The notes: generated by a model not told the origin, from the letters alone. Shown: positions 44,120 through 54,056, counted from the first letter of the stretch. The stretch is 64,000 nt of DNA from an uncultured Chloroflexia bacterium (GCA_963718285.1 CAVQYU010000001.1:11799-75798); one strand, 5' to 3'. Numbers and translations: made by a program.

Positions 44120-44968
44120 ATGAGCTTGATCAGCGCCACGGAGCTTGCCTCGCGCCTCGACGAGCCCGATCTCCGGATCGTTGATGTCCGCTGGTACCTG
44201 GGCAAGCCTGGAGCGGGCAGGGCAGCCTACGACGAGGGTCACCTGCCCGGCGCGATCTTCATCGACCTGGACCGCGATCTGGTGGCGTCGGCAGGACCCG
44301 GCCGCCATCCCCTGCCCTCTCCTGCCGACTTCGCGGCGGCCCTCGGACGAGCGGGCATCGGCGACGACGACTTCGTGGTCGCGTATGACGATGTCGGCGG
44401 CTGGGTCGCCGCCCGCCTGTGGTGGATGCTGGACAACCTTGGCCATGAACGCGTCGCTGTGCTCGACGGTGGCCTGCCGGCCTGGGTCGAGCTCGGCCAG
44501 CCCCTGACGCGCCAGGTTGTCACCCGGCCGGCCGAGAGCCTCCACCTGGCCGCCGAATGGTCCCGGATCGTCGACCGCGAGGGCCTGCTGGGCCGCCTTC
44601 GTTCAGACGCCCCGCCGACCGTGCTCGACGCGCGGGCCGGCCCGCGCTATCGGGGTGAGGTCGAGCCGATCGATCCGGCGGCCGGCCACATCCCGACGGC
44701 CGTCAGCGCGCCGACCGCCGACAACCTCGGGCCGGATGGGCGGTTCCTGTCGCCGGACGCCCTGCGCGAGCACTACCGCAGCCTGGGTGCCGGCTCGGGC
44801 GATGTCGTCACCTCGTGCGGGAGCGGCGTGTCCGCCTGCCACGACGCGCTCGCGATGCGCCTCGCCGGGCTGCCCGACCCGATCCTCTACCCGGGCTCGT
44901 GGAGTGACTGGAGCACCGCCGGCTACCCGGTCGCCGTCGGGCCCGATCCTGGATCCCTGCCGGAGTAG
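44120..44968 (+). CDS. thiosulfate/3-mercaptopyruvate sulfurtransferase (tandem rhodanese domains)
   Basis: VDVRWYLGKPGAGRAAYDEGHLPGAIFIDL... plus a second domain with the active-site loop VTSCGSGVSACH. Confidence 0.85.
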   Translation: MSLISATELASRLDEPDLRIVDVRWYLGKPGAGRAAYDEGHLPGAIFIDLDRDLVASAGPGRHPLPSPADFAAALGRAGIGDDDFVVAYDDVGGWVAARLWWMLDNLGHERVAVLDGGLPAWVELGQPLTRQVVTRPAESLHLAAEWSRIVDREGLLGRLRSDAPPTVLDARAGPRYRGEVEPIDPAAGHIPTAVSAPTADNLGPDGRFLSPDALREHYRSLGAGSGDVVTSCGSGVSACHDALAMRLAGLPDPILYPGSWSDWSTAGYPVAVGPDPGSLPE

Positions 44969-45079
44969 GCCGGCTCGGCGTCTGCGGTCTGCTCGGCATT
45001 GGCGGCTGGTCCCACTCTGGAGAACCCGGATTGAGTGTCGCGTGATGCTCCAGTAAGGGGCGCGGTCCAGGATTTCGCC

Positions 45080-45733
45080 ATGGCCAGCCGAGAACGTGCG
45101 CTGGATCGAGGCAGCCGCCGGGGAGCTGCCCTTGTCGGCGACCTGGGTCGACAGCTCCGTGAGGCCCGGACGGAGCACGGTTTGAGCCAAGCGTTCGTCG
45201 GGCGGGCCGTCGGCCTGTCGCGATCCGCGGTCAGCCGAATTGAGCGCGGCACGGTGCCAGCAGTCTCGGTGGTCAACCTCGCTCGGCTCATGAGCGTCGT
45301 CGGGCTCGAGCTCTCGGCCCGGGCGTATCCGGGCGGAGCAGCACTCCGTGATCGGGCGCAGATCAACCTGCTCGGACGGCTCACTGGGCAGGTCTCGACC
45401 CCCCTGACCCGGCGGGCCGAGGTCCCGGTCGGAGGCGCCGGCGACCTGCGAGCCTGGGATCTGGTGATCTCAAACGGGCAGGATCGCGTCGCAGTGGAGG
45501 CCGAGACGCGCCTCGCAGACGTGCAGGCCGTCCAGCGGCGCATTGCCCTGAAGTCCCGGGACAGCGGGATCACCACGGTCATCCTCCTGCTCTCGGCGAG
45601 TCGGACGAACCGGAACACACTCCGCCTCTTCGAGGATGCGCTCCGGGAGTCGTTCCCCATTCCGGGAACCGAGGCGCTGCGGGACCTTCGAATGGGCAGG
45701 CTCCCCCGCGGAAGCTCCGTGATCCTTCTGTGA
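45080..45733 (+). CDS. XRE-family helix-turn-helix protein with an uncharacterised C-terminal domain
   Basis: LREARTEHGLSQAFVGRAVGLSRSAVSRIERG (HTH_XRE). The C-terminal half WDLVISNGQDRVAVEAETRLADVQAVQRRIALK loosely resembles a restriction-endonuclease-like D...ExE/K core; that reading is inference. Confidence 0.7.
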   Translation: MASRERALDRGSRRGAALVGDLGRQLREARTEHGLSQAFVGRAVGLSRSAVSRIERGTVPAVSVVNLARLMSVVGLELSARAYPGGAALRDRAQINLLGRLTGQVSTPLTRRAEVPVGGAGDLRAWDLVISNGQDRVAVEAETRLADVQAVQRRIALKSRDSGITTVILLLSASRTNRNTLRLFEDALRESFPIPGTEALRDLRMGRLPRGSSVILL

Positions 45734-45761
45734 CCTGGCCTCCTGCCGCGGCTCGTTCATG

Positions 45762-45943
45762 GTGAGTTGCGTCAAACGAGCACAACTCACACGACGACCG
45801 ACGGATCCGCGGTTTTCGTGCGTCAGGCGCACGCATCCGCCAAGTGAGTCGGCGAATCGGTCGGTTCGGTGCGTCTGACGCACGAAATCGACCGGCGATG
45901 CGGCCGGCCAGTCAGTTGTGCTCGCCTGACGCACGCGGCCATG
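45762..45943 (+). repeat. composite palindrome-array element, copy A (four GTGCG..CGCAC-type palindromes at ~50-bp spacing)
   Basis: Palindromes at 45766..45786, 45818..45832 (GTGCGTCAGGCGCAC), 45869..45883 (GTGCGTCTGACGCAC, perfect 7-1-7) and 45918..45934. It aligns by hand to the reverse complement of 53810..53993. Confidence 0.7.
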
Positions 45944-45981
45944 GCGCGCCGCGGTCAGGCAGGCGCGCCGCGGTCAGGCAG
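45944..45981. repeat. perfect 19-bp tandem duplication
   Basis: gcgcgccgcggtcaggcag at 45944..45962 and again at 45963..45981, with a partial third unit following. Confidence 0.8.
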
Positions 45982-45990
45982 GCGCGGCCG

Positions 45991-46016
45991 GGCCCGCGGC
46001 CACGTGGCCTCGGGCC
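45991..46016. terminator. GC-rich near-perfect 26-bp palindrome between convergent genes (possible bidirectional terminator, no U tract)
   Basis: GGCCCGCGGCCACGTGGCCTCGGGCC lies 10 bp beyond the rpoD stop codon. Confidence 0.3.
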
Positions 46017-46025
46017 GGGCCAGGA

Positions 46026-47774
46026 TTACTCGAGGTAGTCCTTGAGCTTGCGGCTGCGCGAGGGGTGGCGCAGCTTGCGCAGGGCCTTGGCCTCGATCTG
46101 GCGGATCCGCTCGCGGGTCACGTTGAACTCCTTGCCCACTTCCTCGAGGGTTCGGGCGCGGCCGTCCTCGAGGCCGAAGCGGAGCTGGAGGACGCGTCGC
46201 TCGCGGCCGGTCAGCGAGTCGAGGACCGCTTCGACCTGCTCCTTGAGGAGCTGGTGCGAGGCGGCCTCGGCCGGAGCCAGGGCGCCCCGGTCCTCGATGA
46301 AGTCACCGAGGTGCGAATCCTCCTCCTCGCCGATCGGCGTCTCGAGCGAGACCGGCTCCTGGCTGACCTTGATGATCTCGCGGACCTTGTCCGGGGTGAC
46401 CACGACCTCCTGGCCCTTGGACATCGCCTCGGCGATCTCCTCCACGGTCGGCTCACGGCCGAGCTCCTGGAGGAGGTTGCGCGAGACCCGGATCAGGCGG
46501 TTGATCGTCTCCACCATGTGGACCGGGATTCGGATCGTCCGGGCCTGGTCGGCGATGGCCCGGGTGATGGCCTGCCGGATCCACCACGTGGCGTAGGTCG
46601 AGAACTTGTAGCCCTTCTCGTAGTCGAACTTCTCGACGGCCCGGATCAGGCCGATGTTGCCTTCCTGGATCAGGTCGAGGAAGCTCATCCCCCGGCCGAT
46701 GTACTTCTTGGCGATCGACACGACCAGGCGCAGGTTGGCGCTGGTCAGCTGCTCGCGGGCATCACGGCCGATCTTGACCAGCTCGCCCTTGCGATCGCGC
46801 AGCTTGGTGTTGAGGGGCACTTCCGGGTCGAAGCCCATCCGCTTGAGCAGCTCGGCATCGTTGCCGGCGGTGATCCAGCGCTCGAGCGCCGGGAAGGCCA
46901 CGCCGTCCCGGGTCCAGTCGTAGATCGCCCGCAGGCCGATGTTGTCGCGCGAGTCGAGATCACCGTTGTGGACGGCGAAGTAGGCCCAGTCGAGGAGCTT
47001 GATGAAGTCCTCGGGGGCAAGCGTCTCGTTGTAGGTGTGGAGCAGGCCCTTGGCCTCGCGCAGGAGCGTCTTCGTCCCGTCGGACTGGACGTCCTTGCCG
47101 GCCTTGACCAGGTGGAAGTCGGGCGTGGGCACGAGCAGGTCGCCGGCCAATTCGGCCCCGATCGCCTTGTGGACGAGCATGTGGGCCTCGTCGCCAAGCG
47201 GCAGGCGATGCTGCGGCTTGGCGGTCCGGGTCTTGCGCTCGGTGTCGTGGGTGGTCCACTCGTGGAGGGACACGACACCCTTCCAGGGCGCCTCGACCAG
47301 CCACTCGCCCAGCTCGATGGCCTTGGCCAGGACGACCTCTTCCTCGGCGGTCAGCAAGGCAACCTTGCCGATCTCCTTGAGGTACATCCGGACCGGGTCG
47401 TCGATCCCGATCATGTCCGCCGAGAGGGCCTCGAGCTCCTCCGGAGTGGGCTCCTCGAGCTCCTTGGCGTCGAGCTTGGCTGGCGCGTCGGCCGGCAGCT
47501 TCTCGGCTACCACCTCGCCGTTGTCGCCTACGACCTCGACCCCGATCTCGACGGCCGCGGCGGGATCGACCGGCACGCCCAGCTCCAGGTCGAGCTCGTC
47601 GTCATCGTCGTCGTCTTCGAGGTCCGGGTCACCCGCCGGCGGCAGAACCGCCACGCCGGCCCGGGCCGGCCGCTTCGAGGCCAGCTTCGCCTCTTCCTGC
47701 TCGACCCGGGTCCGCCGCGGGCGGCCGGCGAGCACCGCCTCGACCAGTTGCTTGTCCATTGGATCCTGTGCCAT
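46026..47774 (-). CDS. rpoD: RNA polymerase primary sigma factor (group 1, RpoD/SigA)
   Basis: Intact 582 codons. An acidic N-terminus precedes region 2 [53 protein letters not shown] and region 4 [30 protein letters not shown]. Confidence 0.92.
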   Translation of the reverse strand: MAQDPMDKQLVEAVLAGRPRRTRVEQEEAKLASKRPARAGVAVLPPAGDPDLEDDDDDDELDLELGVPVDPAAAVEIGVEVVGDNGEVVAEKLPADAPAKLDAKELEEPTPEELEALSADMIGIDDPVRMYLKEIGKVALLTAEEEVVLAKAIELGEWLVEAPWKGVVSLHEWTTHDTERKTRTAKPQHRLPLGDEAHMLVHKAIGAELAGDLLVPTPDFHLVKAGKDVQSDGTKTLLREAKGLLHTYNETLAPEDFIKLLDWAYFAVHNGDLDSRDNIGLRAIYDWTRDGVAFPALERWITAGNDAELLKRMGFDPEVPLNTKLRDRKGELVKIGRDAREQLTSANLRLVVSIAKKYIGRGMSFLDLIQEGNIGLIRAVEKFDYEKGYKFSTYATWWIRQAITRAIADQARTIRIPVHMVETINRLIRVSRNLLQELGREPTVEEIAEAMSKGQEVVVTPDKVREIIKVSQEPVSLETPIGEEEDSHLGDFIEDRGALAPAEAASHQLLKEQVEAVLDSLTGRERRVLQLRFGLEDGRARTLEEVGKEFNVTRERIRQIEAKALRKLRHPSRSRKLKDYLE

Positions 47775-47786
47775 GTGTGCCTCCAG

Positions 47787-49745
47787 CTATGCGTGCCCGG
47801 CCACGGCCGGGCGGGTAAGCAGGTGCGTCTGCTCGATCCTGCGATCGAGTGATCGACGCGCCTCGTTGATCTGTCGTTCCTCGTCGAGCAGGCGCCGGAT
47901 CTCGTCCGCGTCGCCGCGCCGTTCGGCATCGGCCTGCTCGGCCTGATTCCAGGTCCCGCGTTCCTCGAGGCGATCTGCCTCGAGGGTCAGCAGGCACTTG
48001 TCGATGGCGTAGGTCAGCCGAGCCGCCGAGAGGCGGCTCGGATCAGGCCCGCGATGGGCGTACAGGGCAAGAGCCAGCGCTCTGGTCTCCGGATCCAGGC
48101 TGTCCAGCATTCGGCCGCGCTCGAACTGGCCGCCGCTCGGCTGGGCCAGTTGCCGGTCGGCGATGATCGCGCTGTACAGCTCGCGGGCGACCGTGCTCGG
48201 CAGGTCGGCCGGCTTGAGCAGCTCCACGACCCGTTCCTGCTGCTCGGGCACGAGCAGGAGCAGCCGGAGCAGCTCGACCTCGACCGGGGTGATCGACTTG
48301 ACGACTTCGTCCGGGCTGACGCTCTCGGCGGCCGCACGGACGGCGTCCAGGGTGATCCGCGCGCCGGCGTGATCGTCGCCGGCCGACCCTCCCCCGCCCA
48401 GGGCGCCGGGCCGGCTGGGATCGGGCCGGCGGTGGAGCGACTCGAGCAGGGTCCGCTCCTCGACGCCGGACCGGCGGGCGAGCAGCTGCAGGTACGAGTC
48501 GCGGACGACGGGGTCCGAGACCTTGCGCAGGGTGGGCATGACCGCGTCGACCAGGCGACGCTTGCCATCGGCCGTCCGGGTGTCGATCCGGCCGGCGTGG
48601 TAGTCGATGAGGTACGCCAGGATCGGGTCGGGCGTTCGGACCGCCTCGCGCCACAGGTCGGGCGATGCGCGGATGACCTCGTCGGGATCCTTGCCCTCCG
48701 GCAGCCGGACGACGCCCACGTCGGTCAGGCCCACGCCCCCGTCCTGCTGGACCTCGCTGATCAGGTTGTTCAGCTCTGTGACCCCGAAGCTGCCGGCCGA
48801 CTGCCCAGCCGGGTCGACGTCGTAGGCCAGGGCCACCTTACGGGCATACCGGGTCAGGACCGCGACCTGGCCTGGGGTCAGGGCCGTGCCCAGGCTGGCG
48901 ACGACGTTGGTGAAGCCGGCCTGGTGGGCCATCAGGGCGTCGGTGTAGCCCTCGACGATGACCGCCTGGCCCGACTTCCGAATGGTCGACTTGGCCCGGT
49001 CGATGAGGTACAGCGTCCGGCTCTTGTCGAACAGGGGCGTGGCCGGCGAGTTGAGGTATTTCGGCCCGTGATCGCGGCTGTCGCCGTCGGCAATCAGGTA
49101 CCGCCCGCCGAGGCCCACGGCGTGGCCGTTGGCGTCCCGGATCGGGAAGATGATTCGCTCGCGGAACCGGTCGTAGGCGCCCCGCCCGGACGAGCGAGCC
49201 TGGGTCAGCCCGACCTCGGCCAGGTCGGCCGGCTGGACCTGCCGTTTGGCGATCAGCTGGCGCGACATGGCGTCCCAGCCGGCCGGCGCCCAGCCCAGCT
49301 GATGGGCGGCGATCGTCTCGTCACTGAAGCCCCGGCCGTGCAGGTAGTCGAGCGCGGGCGCGCCCGAGACGTGGGCCGTCAGGACGCTGTGATACCAGGC
49401 GATGGCGCTGTCGAGGACCTCGCGCAGGCGCGCCCTGCGGGCGTCCTCCCGACTCGACCGCTCATCGAGCTCGACCCCGGCCCGGGCGGCAAGCGTCTTG
49501 AGTGCCTCCGGAAACGTGACCGAATCGCGCTGCATGACGAAGCTGAAGACATCGCCGCCGAGCCCGCAGCCGAAGCACTTCCAGCTCTCGCGATTGGGGG
49601 TGACGTAGAACGAGGCGGTCTTCTCGCCGTGGAACGGGCACAGCCCCTTGTACGACGCGCCCGATTTCTTCAGCTGGACGGTCTCGCCGATGACATCGAC
49701 GACCGAAAGCCGGTTCTTCACTTCCGCGGCAATTCCGACGGCCAC
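47787..49745 (-). CDS. dnaG: DNA primase
   Basis: GTG at 49745 follows AAGGAGGG. Zinc ribbon CPFHGEKTASFYV...WKCFGCGLGGDVFSF, and TOPRIM VIVEGYTDALMAHQAG. It lies 12 nt upstream of rpoD. Confidence 0.9.
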   Translation of the reverse strand: MAVGIAAEVKNRLSVVDVIGETVQLKKSGASYKGLCPFHGEKTASFYVTPNRESWKCFGCGLGGDVFSFVMQRDSVTFPEALKTLAARAGVELDERSSREDARRARLREVLDSAIAWYHSVLTAHVSGAPALDYLHGRGFSDETIAAHQLGWAPAGWDAMSRQLIAKRQVQPADLAEVGLTQARSSGRGAYDRFRERIIFPIRDANGHAVGLGGRYLIADGDSRDHGPKYLNSPATPLFDKSRTLYLIDRAKSTIRKSGQAVIVEGYTDALMAHQAGFTNVVASLGTALTPGQVAVLTRYARKVALAYDVDPAGQSAGSFGVTELNNLISEVQQDGGVGLTDVGVVRLPEGKDPDEVIRASPDLWREAVRTPDPILAYLIDYHAGRIDTRTADGKRRLVDAVMPTLRKVSDPVVRDSYLQLLARRSGVEERTLLESLHRRPDPSRPGALGGGGSAGDDHAGARITLDAVRAAAESVSPDEVVKSITPVEVELLRLLLLVPEQQERVVELLKPADLPSTVARELYSAIIADRQLAQPSGGQFERGRMLDSLDPETRALALALYAHRGPDPSRLSAARLTYAIDKCLLTLEADRLEERGTWNQAEQADAERRGDADEIRRLLDEERQINEARRSLDRRIEQTHLLTRPAVAGHA

Positions 49746-49789
49746 GGACCCTCCTTGAGCCTGCCTGCCCGGTCCCGGACATGCGTACC

Positions 49790-49853
49790 GGCGTGTCAAG
49801 CCTTGACACGCCGTTCAGGAGGGAACTATAGCAGATTGTCAAGGCCTTGACAA
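49790..49853 (-). promoter_or_regulatory. predicted dnaG-rpoD promoter (TTGTCA-17 nt-TATAGT) flanked by or overlapping two perfect palindromes
   Basis: On the minus strand: TTGTCA (49853..49848), a 17-nt spacer, TATAGT (49830..49825). Palindrome 2, TTGTCAAGGCCTTGACAA (49836..49853), covers the -35. Palindrome 1, GGCGTGTCAAGCCTTGACACGCC (49790..49812, 11-1-11), lies just downstream of the -10. Confidence 0.55.
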
Positions 49854-49898
49854 GACCCCGGACCCGAATCCTGTCAAGGGGTTGCGGCCGGCCGGCGG

Positions 49899-50660
49899 TC
49901 AGATTTCGGGGCTGGGGACCTCGGTCTGGAGCCGGCCGGCCGGTTGGCTGGCACCGGCCGGTGCCTCGACGCGCAGATCCGCGCGCAGGTCTGCCCGTCG
50001 CTCCACCTCCCGAATGATCGCCACGAGGAGCACGCCGGCGAGGGCTTGCATGCCCAGGGCCAGGGCATCGACCTCGAGCTCGACCCGAGCGTCGGCCAGG
50101 GTGGTCGGAGCCGGCAGCCACAGGATCACGTAGTCGACCAGCCCGCCCACGACCCACAGGATCCACCAGGCCCGGACGACCGACAGGCGCAGCTCGGCTG
50201 GGCTGGCCGAGAGACGCCGCCAGACGTCGGCCACGATCTGGTACGGCTTGATCTGGCTGGCAACGGGCACGAACCACCAGATGATCGAGGCTCGGGGCGA
50301 AACGGTCGGCTCGCCGCCGCCCAACCGGGGAGTGTTCTCGACGACCCTGGACAACCAGGCCAGCACGGCGATGGCGGCCGCGATCAGGGTGCCCAGGTGG
50401 AGCTCGTTGGCCTTGCTCACGGCCAATTCCCACTGGTCGAGGTCGAGGGTCGAGACGATGTGGGACTGGTCGAGCAGGCTCAGGCCCCGCAGCTCCTGGA
50501 TGGCGGCCCAGGCGATCGCGGCGCTGGCGATGCCCACGAAGCCCATGGCGTAGACCGCCCGCCGGATCGATGAGCGCGGCCGGTCCTGGGTCGAAAGTAC
50601 TGGGGTCACGCCGCCGACTGTACCCCGGGATCGGACCCGGATCGAGGCCCTCTGGCCCAA
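49899..50660 (-). CDS. DUF4328-like integral membrane protein
   Basis: Intact ORF with 4-5 TM helices and WWFVPVASQIKPYQIVADVWRR, which resembles DUF4328. The start may instead be the Met at 50546. Confidence 0.55.
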   Translation of the reverse strand: MGQRASIRVRSRGTVGGVTPVLSTQDRPRSSIRRAVYAMGFVGIASAAIAWAAIQELRGLSLLDQSHIVSTLDLDQWELAVSKANELHLGTLIAAAIAVLAWLSRVVENTPRLGGGEPTVSPRASIIWWFVPVASQIKPYQIVADVWRRLSASPAELRLSVVRAWWILWVVGGLVDYVILWLPAPTTLADARVELEVDALALGMQALAGVLLVAIIREVERRADLRADLRVEAPAGASQPAGRLQTEVPSPEI

Positions 50661-50681
50661 AGCGTTGCGGTCGGGAACCGC

Positions 50682-53600
50682 TTAGCTTCTCGCCCGACGG
50701 AGCCGCGGCGGAGACTCCGGCCGGGCCAGCTCCCGGGCGACGCGGAGGGCCAGCTCCTGCGCCTCGAGCGGCCCGAGCCCGGGCTCGGCTGCCGGCCCGG
50801 CCTGGGCCACGGTCCAGGCGAGATCGGCCGCCTCGGTGGGTGAGACCGGCTGGTGGATCGACTGGCGAATCTGGCCGGCCGAGGCGACCAGGGGTCCCGA
50901 GCCAGGCCGTTCGGTGGCGGCGAGCAAGCGAGCCACGGCCTCCAATGCTTCGACCAGGACCCAGCGGTCGGCTTCCGGCTCGAGCTGCTCGAGGGCGCGG
51001 ACCAGGTGGCCGGCGGCCGGGCCGTAGTCGCTGCCATCTAGGTCCAGCCGGGCCAGGTTGATCTGGCCGAAGGCGATCGTCGTCCGAGTGCTCGACTGCT
51101 CCCCCGCTTCGAGCGCGAGCTGGGCATAGCGACGGGCGGCACGGGGACGGCCCAGCCCGCGGGCCACGGCGGCCAGCCGGTAGGCCACGGGGCCCTCGCT
51201 CGTCCGATGACCGAGCTCGCGGAAGATGAGCAGCGCCTCGTTGCCGGTCTGCAGGGCAGCGGCGAGGTCGCCGGCTTTCCACTCGGCCAGGCTCAGGGCA
51301 GCCAGCACGTGGCCATGGGCGAGCGGGTCGCCGGTCGCCACCGCGATCGCCAGGGATCGATCGAGGGCCACCCGAGCGGCGTCGACGACGCCTTCGTCGG
51401 CCAGGAGCGAGCCAAGGTGGAGGAGCGTGGTTCCGACTTCGGTCTCCTCACCCGCCGCCTCGAGCCGGTCCAGCGAGGCCTCGAGATAGGCGCGCGCCGC
51501 GGGCAGATCGTCGGTTGCGGCCGCGATCGCACCGCGGCGGCGCAGGGCCCGACCCTCGCCCAGTGGGTCGCCGAGCTCGGCGAACAGGCGCTGGGCCTCC
51601 GCGGTCAGCTCGGCGCCGCGCACGAAATCGGTCAACCAGTAGGCCAGGTGCCCGCTGGCCAGGAGGGCGGCCGCGCGCAGGGCCGGCTCCGGCTCGGCCA
51701 CCTCGATCAGCCGGCCGAGCCAGTCAAGGCCCTCGGCCGGGTGGCGGCCGAGCCAGTACTCGGTCAGGCCGACGGCAATCCCCAGCCCGCGCACGGCTGA
51801 TTCGCGCTCCGGCGCCGGTTCCGCGGCCACCTGCCCCAGGATGACCCGCAGGTGGGGCATCTCCCGGTCGAGCCGGCGCAGGGTGTCGCTCCGTTCCGCA
51901 CCCGCCAGCTGGTCGATCAGCTCGGCCGCGCGCTCGAGCACGGCCTCGGTGTAGCGGGCCCGGGCCGCGGCCAGGTCGGCCGGGCTGGCCTTCTCCAGGG
52001 TGAACCCGGCGAGCGTGCGCAGGAGCTCGTAGCGGGTTGGTCCGAACGCGCTCCGGACCTGGACCAGGCTGGCGTCGACCAGGCGGGCGACCATCTCGAA
52101 CGAGTCGACGCCCTCGCCGCGGAACCCGGCCACGGCGTCGATCAGGTCAAGGTCCGCGTCGGAGACCATGACCGCCAGCGCGACCAGGGCTCGCCGGTCG
52201 AGGGGTCCGAGCCGGTCGACGCTGGCTTCAAGTGCCGCCCACAGCCCGGCCCGGCCGCCGACCGGACCGCCGGCCCAGCGGCCGAGGTCGGACTCGACTC
52301 GCTCGATGACCTCGTCCAGGCCCAGCACGTGGAGGTGGCGGGCGATGAGCTCGAGGCCGAGCGGCAGGCGGTCGACGAGCCGGCACAGCTGGTCCGCACT
52401 GGCTATCTCATCGGGCCGGAGCTTGAACCGCGGATCGAGCAGGCGCGCGCGGTCGGTCAGCAGCTCGATCGCGTCGCCGGCCGTCAGGGGCCCGATCGGG
52501 ACGACGGCCTCGGCCAGGATCCCGAGGCGCTCGCGGCTGGTCACCAGGACCCGCAGCAGGGGGCAGGCGGCCATCAGCAGGCCGAGCTCCGTCGCGACCT
52601 CGACCTGGCGGATCTCGCAACCATCCAGGACCAGCAGGTCGGCCGCCGAACCGAGGGCTGTGGCGATTCCCACCCGGGCGTCGGCCGCCCGCGAGGACGG
52701 GGCCACGACGTCGAGGATCGCACCGGCCACCGACTGGGCGGACGGCAGCTGCTCGAGCGAGACATACCAGACGTTGCCCGGGGTCGCCCGGGCGAGCTCG
52801 AGGGCGAGCCGGGTCTTGCCCGCGCCGGGTGGCCCAACCAGGGTCACCAGCCGGGACCGATCCCAGATCTCGGCCAGGTCGCGCCGCTCGATCTCGCGGC
52901 CGATCAGGCGGGTCGAGCTGCCTGGGATCCGCGGCGGCACGGTAGATGAGGCCACGGCCGCCGAATCCCGGACGCCCGCCGGGGAGCCGGCAGCACCGCC
53001 GGCGGGATCCGGCGGTGGCTCGAGGGCCGGATCCTGGGCCAGGACGGCCTGCTGCATTCGCCGCAGGGCCGTGCCCGGGTCGAGCCCGAGGTCATCGAGC
53101 AGCCGCCGCCGGCACTCGACGTAGGCGTCGAGGGCATCGGCCTGGCGGCCGGCCCGGTAGAGGGCGAGCATCAGGAGCTCCCAGCGACGCTCCCGGAAGG
53201 GCTGCTCGTCGACCAGCCGGCGGGCATCCGGGACGAGCTCGGCTGGACGGCCCCGGTCGAGCTCGAGGGTAAGGGCTTCCTCGCGCAGCTCCTCGATGAG
53301 CTCCTCGAGGCGGGCCGCCACGATCGCCGCCTCGGGCAGGTCTTCGAGGTCGGCCAGGGGCCGGCCGCGGACGCTCGCCAGGGCCTCTCGCAACAGGCCA
53401 TTGGCCTGTTGGGGGTCCGCGCCAGCCAGGCTTCGAGCGGCCCCGGCCAGGCGTTCGAGCTCCTGGACATCGGTGTCCACCTCGAGGATGTAGTGATCGT
53501 CGCGGGTCGAGATCGGCAGGCCCAGCCGGCGCAGCCGGAAGACGTACGTGGCGATCGTGTGCCGGCTGGCGGACGGTGGCTCGTCGGCCCACACCGCCTG

Positions 53601-53739
53601 CTCCAGGTCATCGGCCGAGACCGGCCGGCCGGCATCCATCGCCAGCCGGGCCAGGACACGCCGCTGGAGGCCGCCCCCCGGCGGGCAGGTCCGTGGCCCC
53701 GGAGCGGAGAATCAGCGGACCGAGGAGGCAGACCTGCAT
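50682..53739 (-). pseudogene. SARP/AfsR-family regulator (winged helix + BTAD + NB-ARC-type ATPase + TPR), one frameshift at a C6 run (53674..53679)
   Basis: MQVCLLGPLILRSGATDLPAGG (from ATG 53739), frame shift, then LQRRVLARLAMDAGRPVSADDLEQAVW. BTAD: ERRWELLMLALYRAGRQADALDAYVECRRRL. P-loop: LVGPPGAGKTRLALELA. The C-terminal TPR-like region is long. Confidence 0.85.
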
Positions 53740-53809
53740 AGCCCGACTGTAGCCGAGCGCTCCGATTCGCCTGCCAGCATCCGCGGCTGGCCCGCCTGGC
53801 CGATCTGGA

Positions 53810-53993
53810 CATGGCCGCGTGTGTCAGGCGAGCACAACTGACGCCCCGACCGGGTCGCGGGTCGATTTCAGTGCGTGAGAGGCACCGAATCGACCAAATC
53901 GCGCTCGAACCAGGCGGGACGCGTGCGCGTCACGCACAGAATCCACGGATTCGTTGATCGTCCTGTGAGTTGTGCTCGTCTGGCGCAACTCGC
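53810..53993 (-). repeat. composite palindrome-array element, copy B (inverted relative to copy A)
   Basis: The reverse complement aligns to 45762..45943. The two ends match 27/30 and 32/33; the interior is more diverged. Palindromes are centred near 53827, 53878, 53930 and 53979. Confidence 0.7.
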
Positions 53994-54056
53994 CCTGGAT
54001 CAGGGACCTGGAAAACCCGCACGATCAGCGCTCTGCCAACGGGGATGGAGCAGGGC

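Noticed and set aside
45470-45934. ORFs inside the two repeat copies (45470..45934 minus; 53875..54114 plus) encode similar peptides (…VSCARLTQL / …VSCARLAQL, VRQTH / VRVTH), hinting at a small repeated gene.
   Set aside because: The peptide similarity simply reflects the DNA palindromes (GTGCGTCAG...). No ribosome-binding site is present, the composition is Arg/Thr/His-rich noise, and the frames are not preserved across the diverged interior.
45762-45981. Regularly spaced repeats considered as a possible CRISPR array.
   Set aside because: There are only four ~50-bp units per copy, the units are diverged palindromes rather than identical repeats separated by unique spacers, and no cas genes are present in the window.
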